Origin: Promethearchaeota archaeon
Lineage (GTDB): Archaea > Asgardarchaeota > Lokiarchaeia > Sigyniarchaeales > SOKP01
Reading direction: 5' to 3'
DNA: 64,000 bases
Assembly (NCBI GenBank): GCA_048939995.1
Contig: JBHLOY010000003.1
Coordinates: 320,001 to 384,000 of the forward strand
Shown here: one piece after another, positions 47,801-51,412 of the stretch
Layout: every line of letters begins with the position of its first letter
How positions within the stretch are numbered: position 1 is the stretch's first letter
Notes under the pieces: generated by a model
What the model was told of the DNA's origin: nothing
What the model saw: only the letters and a program-made list of their open reading frames with translations
The model's database searches: none
Program-made: the position numbers and the translations under genes

Positions 47801-48121
47801 CAGATTTGGGATGAAAAATGGGAAGCTAGTTATCACGGTGATCTAGTAACAATTACTTTTTATGCTAATGATACCTTAGGTCACCTTGGATATCAAGATA
47901 TCATAGTTAAAATAAGAAAACCAGGATTATTTGATTTAAAAAATCCTAATTTATTTCTAACTACTGGAATAGCTGAAAGTGTTCTCTTTGTAAGTCTAAT
48001 TAGTCTTAAAAAGAATAAGAGATATAAAAGAATGGATAAACGCCAAAAAAAGAGACTAAATAGTATATTATATCTTTCTTTGTTATTAACAGGATTATTC
48101 TTATTAACTTCTTTTATTTAA
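23888..48121 (+). CDS. Giant 8077-aa cell-surface glycoprotein: NosD/CASH beta-helix, DUF2341-like, concanavalin/LamG-like domain, about 60 x 93-aa and about 17 x 100-aa Ig-like repeats, TM helices at both ends
   Basis: Uninterrupted 24.2-kb ORF. GSGTITNPYIIEN/GNYWDNY beta-helix motifs; WWN..YAYRAPI...DGRDLRIV...IWFK (DUF2341-like); ESADPLELG repeats; very dense NxS/T sequons; paired hydrophobic helices at both termini. Confidence 0.9.
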   Translation: MFALFESFVIFIGFFSLTLIKRKKFRKILSNSFLVLFGFILFIHCPFYIEINNDRNTIEPPIEGIHSYPKESGYWLVDHIEIDQNDVLKNWEVINQTYPWCSGSGTITNPYIIENVSINAFNYEIGISIRNSKGVYFEIKNCNIYNASIGIQLYTTDNGAIINNSISYNRNTGILIHNCKKNKIIGNIIQNNSQNGVLLNGPNSKNNALYRNQFIENERHALDNSGSNFNLWYNSSIGNYWDNYTGKDANDDNIGDISYDYISGGANSIDLYPIWWDAPSLKIDFPLNYSVHSKFAAKFQLIIQEGKGDTFWYEIAGQNSSFMPLTGLIEEEIVDVFTQDLWDLLTNGTQKIKFYVNDSKGYIASTDIIINLIIPDISNWWNVSYAYRAPIKLDNRHTRYLPKGYSVNVSINTLNLISMGKLQSDGRDLRIVWYNYSSDTWIELDRVNETNFNTNSTNIWFKTQRSINPNTYDGNYYLYYGYKDCNNPPINKSKVYHLFDGFTQSDGLAEGWTVINGTWLVDNNKYIETLLEIDGRSLLNSFTIENASIEVRLNSSGGNFGAGIMFRHQNNQNFYTAGIGFWEYEVAIGKWSDDIPYVLDNTSTLESVLNDNQWYNLKIEMLGPQYLVYLNGILKNNITDSDHLIAGQIGLMTWTNSAISCFDDLKVKLLIPNEPLLVLGSEETFKPRFSNLIESSDPLELGDIEIIFVNITDISGIKQALIEFEGINHSMTYLAGDRWVYDQWKPQNTGNYEYMIFSENLNGNWNSIEGSIQVIDTTLPTFLNLIESADPLELGDTEVITINASDISGINQLLIEFEGSNHTMQNIGENRWQYDSWIPLNVGVYPYMIYIEDNNHNWNSTAGAITVEDTISPVYWGLVESADPLELGQTEVISINVSDIAGINQVLIEFEEVNHTMEFIGGDIWHYDSWVPLSIGVYPYIIYIQDGNNNWNSTIGAITVQDTTSPLYWGLIESADPLELGNTEMIMINASDAAGINQVLIEFEGSNHSMTYFGGFTWQYNSWIPFSIGIYPYIINIQDGNDNWNSTSGTITVQDLNSPIYWGLVESADPLELGDTEVISINVSDISGINQVLIEFEEANHTMENIGGNTWQYNSWVPLGIGVYPYIIYIQDGNNNWNSTSGIITVEDTISPVYWDLIESADPLELGETEVISINVSDISGINQVLIEFEGSNHSMTYFGGFIWRYNSWGPSNVGVYSYIIYIEDTYNNWNLTSGTITVEDTISPVYWGLIESADPLELGQTEVISISVSDIAGINQVLIEFEEVNHTMEFIGGDIWHYDSWVPLSIGIYPYKIYIEDANQNWNSTSGIITVEDTTSPVYWGLVESADPLELGNTEVIMINASDAAGIIQVLIEFEGDNHTMQSIGGNTWRYNSWIPLSIGIYPYIIYIEDSNNLWNSTSGTITVQDAISPVYWGLVESADPLELGNTEVISINVSDIAGINQVLIEFEESNHSMTYFGGFTWQYNLWVPLSIGVYPYKIFIQDGNNNWNSTSGTITVQDTTPPVYWALNESADPLELGQTEAISINVSDISGINQVLIEFEGFNHTMLNIEGNTWRYNSWIPLSVGIYPYIIYIEDSNNRWNSTSGTITVQDTTPPVYWALNESADPLELSQTEVISINVSDISGINQVLIEFEGVNHTMENIEGNTWRYNSWVPLSIGVYPYIIYIEDSNNHWNSTSGTIAVQDTTPPVYWALNESADPLELGQTEVISINVSDAAGINQVLIEFEGSNHSMTYFDGFTWQYNSWVPLSIGVYPYIIYIEDGNNHWNLTSGTITVQDTTPPVYWDLIESADPLELGDTEVIMISVSDSSGINQILIEFEGSNHSMIKIDINTWQYNSWVPLSIGVFPYIIYMRDNHNNWNLTIGAITVQDTTPPAFWALIESADPLEFGDTEVISINVSDIAGINQVLIEFEGSNHSMIKIDINTWQYNSWTPLNTGTYTYTIHMEDNNNNWGFISRTIKVEDTISPVYWGLLESADPLELGQTEVISINVSDISGINQVLIEFESSNHTMINVEDDIWQYNSWVPLSTGTYNYTIYIEDNNNNWNSISGTITVTDTISPIYWGLLESADPLELGNIEVITISISDLSGIKQVLIEFEGTNHSMFNMGGYVWQYDLWIPSDIGVYGYKIFMEDNNNNWESISGTIKVEDTTPPEFWDLIESADPLELGQTEVISINVSDISGINQVLIEFEGSNHSMTYFGSYTWRYNLWVPSNVGIYSYIIYIEDTNHNWNSTSGIIAVTDTISPVYWSLLESADPLELGETEVISINVSDISGINQVLIEFEGSNHSMTYFGSDTWNYDSWVPLFTGIYTYIIYIQDDNNNWNSTSGTITVQDTTSPVFWGLIENADPLELGGTQIITISVSDISGINQVQIEFDGINHTMTHIGGDTWNYGNWVPLIIGIYTYTIYIEDNNNNWNSTFDLSYSVIDTVGPSLSGLLESADPLELGMSETIRINISDLSPINTVWIQIEDSNHTMNYISGNIYEYAGWLPTTIGIKTYLIYANDSSGNVNFLLDTITVIDTTGPNLLGLLESADPLELGMSETIRINITDLSPINTVWIETEEANHTMSYISGNIYEYAGWIPIVSGIKIYTIYANDTNGNINFLSDFITVIDTIGPLLSGLFESVDPLELGMSETIKINVTDLSPINTVWIEIEDVNYTMSYTSGITYEYVGWFPDIIGIKSYKIYANDSSGNVNFLSDFITVIDTSGPSLSGLLESADPLELGMSETIQINVTDLSSIDNVWIEIEDVNYTMSYLSGNTYEYAGWIPTITGIKSYTIYANDTSGNVNFLSDFITVIDTTGPLLSGLFESADPLELGSEETIRIDVYDEDDVKSVWIEIEDANYTMSYISGNTYEYTGWIPTITGIKSYTIYANDSSGNVNFLSDTITVIDTTPPLLSGLLESADPIELGMSEIIQVNVTDLSSIDDVWIQIDGINYLMSYVSGNTYEYTGWTPTITGIRSYTIYANDSSGNVNFLSDTITVIDTTPPLLSGLLESADPIELGMSEIIQVNVTDLSSIDDVWIQIDGINYLMSYVSGNTYEYTGWTPTITGIRSYTIYANDSSGNVNFLSDTITVIDTTPPLLSGLLESADPLELGMDDIIRINVTDLSPINTVWIEIEDINYTMSYISGNTYEYAGWLPTTIGVKIYTIYANDSSGNANFLSDTITVIDTTSPSLSGLFESGDPLELGMSETIRINVTDISSINTVWIKIEAANYTMSHVNENTYEYAGWLPDTIGIKSYTIYANDSSGNVQFLSDAITVVDTTGPTLSDLFESADPLELGMSEVIIINVTDLSPIHTVWIEIEDINYTMSYVSENTYEYIGWTPITIGVKSYTMYANDSSRNINFLSDAITVIDTTGPSLSGLFESADPLELGMPETIRIEATDLGGIYNVWIQIEGINYPMSYISGNTYEYAGWTPNAIGINNYTIYANDSSGNANFLSDYITVIDTTGPNLSGLFESADPLELGTSETIQIEAYDEDGVDTIWIEIEGVDYLMSYVSGNTYEFVGWLPPTIGVKVYTIYTNDTNGNMNFLSDTITVVDTTPPSLLGLFESADPLELGLSETIQINVTDLSPINTVWIEIEDINYSMSYTSGNTYEYTGWTPTTIGVKSYAIYANDTSGNINFLVDFITIIDTTPPQLSGLFESADPLELGMSETIRINITDLSPINTVWIEIEDINYTLNYINGNTYEYTGWLPDTIGIKSYMIYANDTSGNVNFLSDTITIIDTIGPILSELFESADPLELGMSETIQINVTDYSPIDSVWIQIDGINYLMSYFSGNTYEYIGWTPITIGVKSYTLYANDSSGNMNFLSDSITVIDTIGPSLSGLLESADPLELGMSETIQINVTDLSSIDNVWIEIEDVNYTMSYLSGNTYEYAGWIPTITGIKSYTIYANDTSGNVNFLSDFITVIDTTGPLLSGLFESADPLELGMSETIQINVTDFSPIDSVWIQIDGIDYLMNYFIGNTYGYIGWTPTTIGVKTYIIYTNDTNGNINFLSDSITVIDTTGPSLSGLFESADPLELGMPETIRIEATDLGGIYNVWIQIEGIDYPMSLISGNTYEYVGWTPTTIGINNYTIYANDTSGNANFLSDYITVIDTTGPNLSGLFESADPLELGMSETIQIEAYDEDGVDTIWIEIEGIDYLMSYISGNTYEFAGWLPTTIGVKVYTIYTNDTNGNMNFLSDTITVVDTTSPSLLGLVESADPLELGMPETIKINVTDLSPINAVWIQIEDINYSMSYVSGNTYEYTGWTPTIIGVKIYAIYANDSSGNINFLSDVITVVDTTSPSLFGLSESADPLELGISETIRINITDLSPINTVWIQIESINYAMSHISGNAYEYAGWLPDTVGIKSYTIYVNDTSGNVNFLSDTITVIDTTEPSLLGLLESADPLELGMSETIQINVTDLSPINTVWIQIEDINYSMSYISGNTYEYAGWLPDTIGIKSYTIYVNDTSGNVNFLSDTITVIDTSGPSLSGLLESADPLELGMSETIRVNITDLSPINTVWIEIEGIDYLMSYFSGNTYEYTGWTPTTIGIKNYAIYANDSSGNVNFLSESITVIDTTGPNLSGLFESADPLELGITETIRINVTDFSSIDSVWIEIEDANYIMSYLSRNAYEYAGGLPNTIGVKNYIIYANDTSGNINFLSDSITVIDTTGPSLSGLFESADPLELGMSETIQIEASDLGGIYNVWIQIDGINYSMSYVSGNTYEYTEWTPITVGINNYTIYANDTSGNTDFLSDSITVIDTTGPSLSGLFESADPLELGISETIQIEAYDEDGVDTVWIEIESIDYLMSYISGNTYEYAGWTPNTIGVKSYIIYTNDTNGNINFLSDTITVVDTTPPSLSGLFESTDPLELGMSETIQINVTDLSSIDAVWIEIEALNYMMSYIGGNTYEYTVWTPTTIGIKSYTIYANDTNGNMNFLSDTITVVDTTPPSLLGLVESADPLELGMSETILIDVTDLSPIDSVWIDINGNDYPMIFVSGNSYEYAGWTPTVSGINNYTIYANDTSGNINFLSDFITVIDTTGPSLSGLLESADPLELGMSETIQIDAYDEDGVDTVWIEIESIYYPMSYISGNAYEYAGWTPIAIGVKTYTIYANDTSGNINFLSDSIIVVDTTEPSLSGLFESADPLELGMSETIQVEATDLGGIYNVWIQIDGINYTMSYVSGNAYEYVGWTPTTIGVKTYAIYANDTSGNIDFLSDSIIVVDTTSPSLFGLFESADPLELGMSETIRVNVTDLSPINTVWIQIEDINYSMSYVSSNVYEYTGWTPSAIGIASYTIYANDTNGNKRFLSEAIIVVDTTSPSLFGLFESADPLELGISETIKINVTDLSPINTVWIQIENINYSMSYISANTYEYAGWTPSAIGIASYTIYANDTSGNINSLSDTITVIDTSPPLLSGLSESADPLELGIPETIQINAYDANGINTIWIEIEGVNYLMSYISGNTYEFAEWIPTMVGIKSYTIYANDSSGNVNFLSDAITVIDTTPPLLSGLLESADPLELGMSETIKVNVADLTPINTVWIEIEGVNYTMSYISGNTYEYAGWTPSAIEIASYTIYANDSSGNINFLSDTITVIDTTPPLLSGLLESADPLELGMSETIKINVTDLALINTVWIEIEGVNFTMSYISGNTYEYVGWLPNTIGIKIYTIYANDSSGNVNFLLDFITVIDTTGPNLSGLFESADPLELGIYEMIQIEAYDEDGVDTVWIEIEGIDYLMSYVGGNIYEYTGWIPTTIGVKIYTIYANDTNGNIDFLSDFITVIDTTGPSLSGLFESADPLELGNSETIMINISDHSPIDNVWIEIEGIEILMNYVSGFTYEYSGWNPTAIGVKSYTIYANDTNGNINFLPDSIMVIDTTGPILSGLLESADPLELGMSETIQIDLVDLSPIDTVWIEIESIEILMSFISGNTYEYAGWTPITIGVKNYMIYANDTSGNVNFLSDAITVVDTTGPSLFGLSESADPLELGMSETIQINVTDLTSIDSVWIEIESIEILMSFISGNTYEYAGWTPITIGVKNYMIYANDTSGNVNFLLEAIIVIDTTPPLLSGLFESVDPLELGFSETIQIDVFDLSPIDTVWIEIEGVNFIMNFFSGNTYGHSNWIPNMIGLNNYTIYTNDTSGNINFLSEAITVIDTTEPLLSGLFESSDPLELGNSEKIQIDAFDLSPIDTVWIEIEGVNFTMNHISGNTYEHSDWTPNMVGVKNYIIYANDTSGNLNLFSDTITVIDTTPPQIIIREPNPYDQYGIIAPEVDIEFLDYDLDNTWYQIIGTITTANYTWTGAIAQSLWDQMGNGLVVIQFYANDSSGNFNSNYVIVKKDSSAPDVTINSPENDQLYGYLPPVIDVDFGSDAIYEWFQLIGTVTTSNYTWTGTISQEIWDEVGNGTVIIYIYANDSLGNLGYDSVRINKDIIEPNIIINEPAPYSLFGKIAPVFDLDIDEGNLNQTWYQIIGTTTTNNYTWTGIIAQNLWNQMDNGTVTIVFYANDTIGNFGSELIVIRKDIIAPQIIISQPDSNDLFGKSTPEVNVEFLDPNLGSTWYQLSNGSISTNNYTWLGSINQIVWDQIGNGSVNIIFYAIDTIDNLNSTMVIVRKDIKKPSISIIQPHIYELFGETSPIVNININDRHLKAVWYQLSNELIRTANYSWMGLIDQTVWDQIGNGTVNIIFYANDSVRNFASENVIVRKDVISPQITIIEPSNYDLFGNTPPNVNLEVIEPNLNEIWCQLTDGTISTNYTWNGNITQSAWNMFGTGLVTIKIYANDSVGNLGSKSVVIRKDVTAPDIVIYEPNPFDLFGLSAPIVDVDVSDPNLDTISYKLYNNTKSSLIYLWLGSIEQLVWDEFRSSVITIRIYANDTMGNTRFSDVTIIKDITKPTIDINFPNPYDLFGIDPPNLIINIYDQNLDRVWYQLTNGIETTLNYTWSGNIPLNIWNEMGNGTVTIIIYANDTVSNFRSQFITIRKDIIAPIINIDSPGNFSLYGRTPPEVFITVYEPNLDNIRYQLKIGEISTQNYSWTGILEQNVWDEVGNGTISIIFYIKDAVGNFASVVLIVRKDIIAPQILIQEPIPSDLFGTLPPNVSVDIEDPNLSSVWYQLRNGTINTMNYTWTGLIEQTTWNQVGNGSVYLTFYANDSLGNLGSKSVLIQKDIIGPKLIINYPNPYDVFGITAPNINIEIEDKNLFTSWYCLKNETTTTLNYTWIGILEQSIWDQFVNGLVTIFFYANDSMSNFNYINLSLVKDLNAPIINIIEPENFAVIGQIAPDFEVYISGIDIHQSWYVFAGELVKYFFINTDGTTIVTLNQTKWDEFGNGTVTIEFYVNDSVGNIGFDIVELRKDVYAPEILINLPIYEGYWSKPPILNISYFDPNFDTLWYKIGIFSGILINNTEDCIDPLIWDSLEQGKHQLFIYANDTAGNVNDSYVFTIYKDTLAPIITIHSPVNESYSDSPPIFNISFYDPNYDSLWYGNGFINITLVNNTNQFLDWNIWNDQPEGIYQIVIYANDTFGHLNDKYIITLYKDTKAPIITINSPNNNTYYNSPPTLNIVASDPNFDSLWYKVRNEIIKITQPFQDFDAFIWDILDQGEFQVEIFANDTFGHINSDYYLILFKDTLAPKIIINSPLNQTYWNTRPILNITALDPNLISLYYKVNTYLVWLTNNTAILLSSPIWQGLAEGEFKVQIFAIDDFGYINDSYTLTLFKDTIKPNITVDYPNTNSLYGANPPEFSISASKFNLDSVWYELLGYPKNFILFEFTGMINQEAWDSFGNGTVTIRFYANDTTGNFGIKDIIVRKDVSVPIIKVYKPFEYTIWDVPPIINVSVSDNNLDSIWYRIGTMSSILYSDIEQQLDNLIWQSIPEGEFHIYIYANDTFGNINDSFYIILYKDTLAPDITINLPTLYQEIGNIAPNFNISIVEDNLQNCWYTIDEGLINFTFNTNIGQIDQQIWDEKWEASYHGDLVTITFYANDTLGHLGYQDIIVKIRKPGLFDLKNPNLFLTTGIAESVLFVSLISLKKNKRYKRMDKRQKKRLNSILYLSLLLTGLFLLTSFI
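25960..42690 (+). repeat. Coding tandem array of about 60 x 279-bp (93-aa) Ig-like repeats (type A about 19 units to ~31230; type B about 41 units)
   Basis: ESADPLELG recurs at a 279-nt period; type A consensus SDISGINQVLIEFEG.NHSM, type B consensus TDLSPINTVWIEIE..NYTM...YANDSSGN. Counts are estimated from length/period. Confidence 0.9.
32564..33238 (+). repeat. Nucleotide-identical 279-bp tandem duplication (about 2.4 copies)
   Basis: AGTTATACGATTTATGCGAACGATAGTAGCGG starts at 32564, 32843 and 33122; the protein repeats are identical. Confidence 0.88.
42690..47930 (+). repeat. About 17 diverged ~100-aa Ig-like repeats (KD..AP.I.I..P...DPNL...WY...WD..GNGTVTI.FYANDS.GN)
   Basis: Recurring motif in the translation; one similar unit also occurs near aa 277-375. 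Confidence 0.85.
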
Positions 48122-48310
48122 ACCTTTTTAATGTTCTAAATATTTAAAGATAATCGTTTCAATTACTTATCTTTATAAACTAAATAAAAAAAAAAAAGGA
48201 GGTGATATCTAGACCGTTGATCGAGGTTAATCATCTGAAGATCAAGGTCGATCAAGCAGCAATCTTAAGAGAATATTCAAAGATTATTGCCAACAACTGG
48301 CGATGTTTTT

Positions 48311-49066
48311 TTAATCGGGAATTGGGGATTTTGGGACATGATTTTCATGAGCCAATATATAATCGAATTCACACGCTTTCCAGTGGGTGTCGTAGTGAAT
48401 TTTGACATATTTACATGGTTGTAGTTGAGGTGGATCGGTTAATTTATAACTACTTTCTAGTATAATCCAATTATCACAAGCATAAGGATCAAACGTGAAA
48501 TTATAATATGTCCAGGTGTTACATGGTTCACATACAGTCCAAGAATCTTCAAAGACTAAGAACCATCCAACAGACATTCCAGGAACACAATCATTATAGA
48601 TAGTATTGCCATATTTATCTGTTATGGTCATCAAACCAGGGAATTCACCATATTGCCACCAAGTTTTATTGTATGGCAAGTAGCCGCCTTTTACTCTGAA
48701 AACTACCCATTTGTCTTCACCCCATTCAGGCGTGATGCAAATTGGTAGATCAGATTCAATATTATCTTCAACAAACTCTATGGCACCCGGTTCGACTGTA
48801 TAGTCTTCTGGATCGTCAATTCTGTGATCTATTGGCACATTATCATTTCCCGCTTTAATCCTTCTTATTGGGAATCCTTTCGGATCGTTATTTTCCAATA
48901 TATTTGCAGATGGCATTTCCATATTAGCAGGAATAAAACCATCACGTTTTAAAATATCGAAAAATCCAATTCCGCTTATGAACACCATGAAAATCGTTAT
49001 TATGATAAAGATCAAAATCCCAGCAGTAATAAATGAAGATCTCCTATTGCTGTGATCTAGTTTCAT
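48311..49066 (-). CDS. Membrane-anchored/secreted Cys- and Trp-rich hypothetical protein
   Basis: 251 aa, N-terminal TM (FITAGILIFIIITIFMVFISGIGFF), several Cys in the extracellular part. Confidence 0.75.
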   Translation of the reverse strand: MKLDHSNRRSSFITAGILIFIIITIFMVFISGIGFFDILKRDGFIPANMEMPSANILENNDPKGFPIRRIKAGNDNVPIDHRIDDPEDYTVEPGAIEFVEDNIESDLPICITPEWGEDKWVVFRVKGGYLPYNKTWWQYGEFPGLMTITDKYGNTIYNDCVPGMSVGWFLVFEDSWTVCEPCNTWTYYNFTFDPYACDNWIILESSYKLTDPPQLQPCKYVKIHYDTHWKACEFDYILAHENHVPKSPIPD

Positions 49067-49108
49067 TGGTCTTCAATTTCTATTTTTTCAACATCACCTT
49101 TGAATTTC

Positions 49109-49140
49109 ATATTATTTGACCTTATGGTCAAAAATAATAT
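49109..49140. promoter_or_regulatory. Palindromic operator-like site TTTGACC-ttat-GGTCAAA
   Basis: Perfect 7-bp inverted repeat (49115-49132) with AT-rich extensions; the half-site TTTGACCTTA recurs at 49208-49217. Confidence 0.5.
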
Positions 49141-49507
49141 ATGTTAAAAGATAATATAAATGTTTTGTTCTTTAAGAAGTCCTCCTAGAAAACTTTTTAG
49201 AAATACTTTTGACCTTAATTAACCATCAAATTATGCAGAAAAATGAATTTAATTTAACACAGATTTAAAAAGAACCTTGAATTGAAGTGAAAGATCAACT
49301 GATTTGAGGTAAAAAATTCTTTAAAATAAAAAATTTGTTTTAATAAATAAAATATTTTGTAGAAATTACAATTTTAACGTGCTTACAAATTTTGAAAATT
49401 AAATTTTTATTAATATATGCAAAATTATATTTTGATGGCTTAATATTTAAGGTATATACCAATAATTTAATCATATTTTAAGAGCATTTGTAATAAACCA
49501 ATTAACA

Positions 49508-50884
49508 ATGGAGCATCTTAGTAATACTAAATCTAATAAGAAGAAGTCTTCAAAAAAGAGTCTTAAAAAGCAAAAACAAAAAGAGGGATTAGAAATTGGT
49601 TATATTACCGATATTTTTCCCGAAGAACTTATACAAAGAATAAGATTTCTTCATTTTAAGATTAAAAATTTGGAGGATGATCTTAAAAAACAAGAAGAAA
49701 TAACATCCCATTTCGATTTAGACCTGATAACAGAATATATTAACATTTTAAATATTAATTATAAATCAAAAAATCAAAATTTGATTATAAAAGAATTAGC
49801 TATAACTGCTTCATATTATGATCCAAGTGATAATAAGGAGATCGATATCTATGATATCATGTTTGAATGTGCTCGTGTGTCCTGGATATTAGCAAGATTA
49901 TATAATCAACTCTCCAAAAATTTTGAAAAGGTGGAAGATTGGGAAAACGCTATAATAGCGATGATTAAGTGCAGTAAGATGTACAAGACAGCAACGTACT
50001 TTAGCGCAGCTGCGGTTAATCAAAATAATATAAGTACAAGTCTAGAACCAAAAAATTTAGAATTTGAATCTGAACAAAGTAGAATTTTTGCACAGAGTCT
50101 TGCTGCTCTTAAGGAAGAAAGACAGAATAATTTGATTTTTGCCTCAAAACTTTATTCTGGGCTAAGTTTATTATCAAGGAGATTACTTTATTTAGGCCTC
50201 GATGATGAAATAATAAAAAGCAAATTAAATGCTCAAGCGGACTTTGATATGGGTAAATCATGCTATTTGAAAGCCCAAGCTCTTCAAAAAGGGGTGAGTG
50301 CTGAAACATCCGATAAGCAGAGTAGAACTAGATTGATTGAAGATCTATTAAAGAAATCGGTTTTTTATTTTTCCAAAGCAGAGAAAGCCTGGGAGGAAAT
50401 ATTAAAAAACTATAAAGATTTAACAGATCAAGAGAAAGGAATTATTCTATATAATTTATCAGTGGTTAATGACAATATTATGGAAATTGATGCTGAAATA
50501 TTTCCCTCTGAAATGCTTGAGGATATAAAAAATCCAGAACCTGTTATTATTATACCAGAAAATTTAGCAGAAATATTACCTAAAACAACCTTATATTTAT
50601 CAGATATAAAACCTATGGACGTGAATGTTGATCTGCATAGAAAATATAAAAAGGAGAAATTAGATATACCAAATCCTATAAAAAGAAAAGAAGAGCTATT
50701 AAGTAAAAAGACAGCTTTAGGAAGAACAATCAAACAACTGAAAAGTTTATATGATGATAATGATATCGATATCACTAAATATGCAGAATTATTTGAAAAA
50801 TACACACACAAATTAAATTTAATTGAGTTTGAAATTAGTAAATTAGAAGGAGTAACAAATCAAAAAAGTAAAAATCAACAATGA
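49508..50884 (+). CDS. BRO1-like alpha-helical domain protein with C-terminal Vps28/steadiness-box-like hairpin
   Basis: ITASYYDP...IMFECARVSWILARLYNQLS, RIFAQSLAALK...ASKLY, KSCYLKA, DNIMEIDAEIFP parallel BRO1 consensus blocks in order (pattern recognition only). Confidence 0.55.
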   Translation: MEHLSNTKSNKKKSSKKSLKKQKQKEGLEIGYITDIFPEELIQRIRFLHFKIKNLEDDLKKQEEITSHFDLDLITEYINILNINYKSKNQNLIIKELAITASYYDPSDNKEIDIYDIMFECARVSWILARLYNQLSKNFEKVEDWENAIIAMIKCSKMYKTATYFSAAAVNQNNISTSLEPKNLEFESEQSRIFAQSLAALKEERQNNLIFASKLYSGLSLLSRRLLYLGLDDEIIKSKLNAQADFDMGKSCYLKAQALQKGVSAETSDKQSRTRLIEDLLKKSVFYFSKAEKAWEEILKNYKDLTDQEKGIILYNLSVVNDNIMEIDAEIFPSEMLEDIKNPEPVIIIPENLAEILPKTTLYLSDIKPMDVNVDLHRKYKKEKLDIPNPIKRKEELLSKKTALGRTIKQLKSLYDDNDIDITKYAELFEKYTHKLNLIEFEISKLEGVTNQKSKNQQ

Positions 50885-51357
50885 AAAGAAATTCTGTTTT
50901 ATGGATAATTTTAATAATATCTATAGTGGTAATTTTTTTTATTAGCAATATCTTAGCAATCTGGCTTACTATCATATTTTTAATTATTGCAATATTTTCT
51001 TATATTATTTCTCTTACATTTAAAAGAAAACTTATAAGAACTATGCAAAAATATAAGAGAATAAATGACACAGATGTTGCTAAAGAGTTAAATTCCCCTA
51101 TTGAAAAAGTCCGTGAGAAATTGTCTAGTCTTTACAAGCATCAAAAAAAAAAGATTGGATTGACTGTTTTCTTAAATAACAGATATATCTTTTATAATCA
51201 AGAATCTCTAAATGAATTTAAGCGAGTTTATGCCAATTATGCTAAAGAAAAAGAAATCTTAGAGAAACTACAGCCAACTATTGGCCTTAAAACAAGAGCA
51301 GAAGTGAAGGTTATCAAGGATACACTAATAAATCATAAAATCGTCGAAAAAGTTTAG
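50881..51357 (+). CDS. Two-TM membrane protein with cytoplasmic wHTH-like domain(s)
   Basis: Two hydrophobic helices then INDTDVAKELNSPIEKVREKL; ATGA overlap with the upstream gene. Confidence 0.7.
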   Translation: MKRNSVLWIILIISIVVIFFISNILAIWLTIIFLIIAIFSYIISLTFKRKLIRTMQKYKRINDTDVAKELNSPIEKVREKLSSLYKHQKKKIGLTVFLNNRYIFYNQESLNEFKRVYANYAKEKEILEKLQPTIGLKTRAEVKVIKDTLINHKIVEKV

Positions 51358-51412
51358 TCTCATCGATATTAAGGATCAAATAGATTAGGGTATAATTTAT
51401 TAAGTATAAAAA

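Noticed and set aside
48210-48300. SECIS element
   Set aside because: No in-frame TGA selenoprotein candidate is adjacent, and no convincing AUGA/GA kink-turn core with an apical AA loop was seen.
48202-48405. 67-aa plus-strand ORF following a perfect AGGAGGTGAT
   Set aside because: Its GTG lies inside the SD-like motif, it overlaps the 3' end of a convergent gene, and the region is better explained as a minus-strand structured 3' UTR/terminator.
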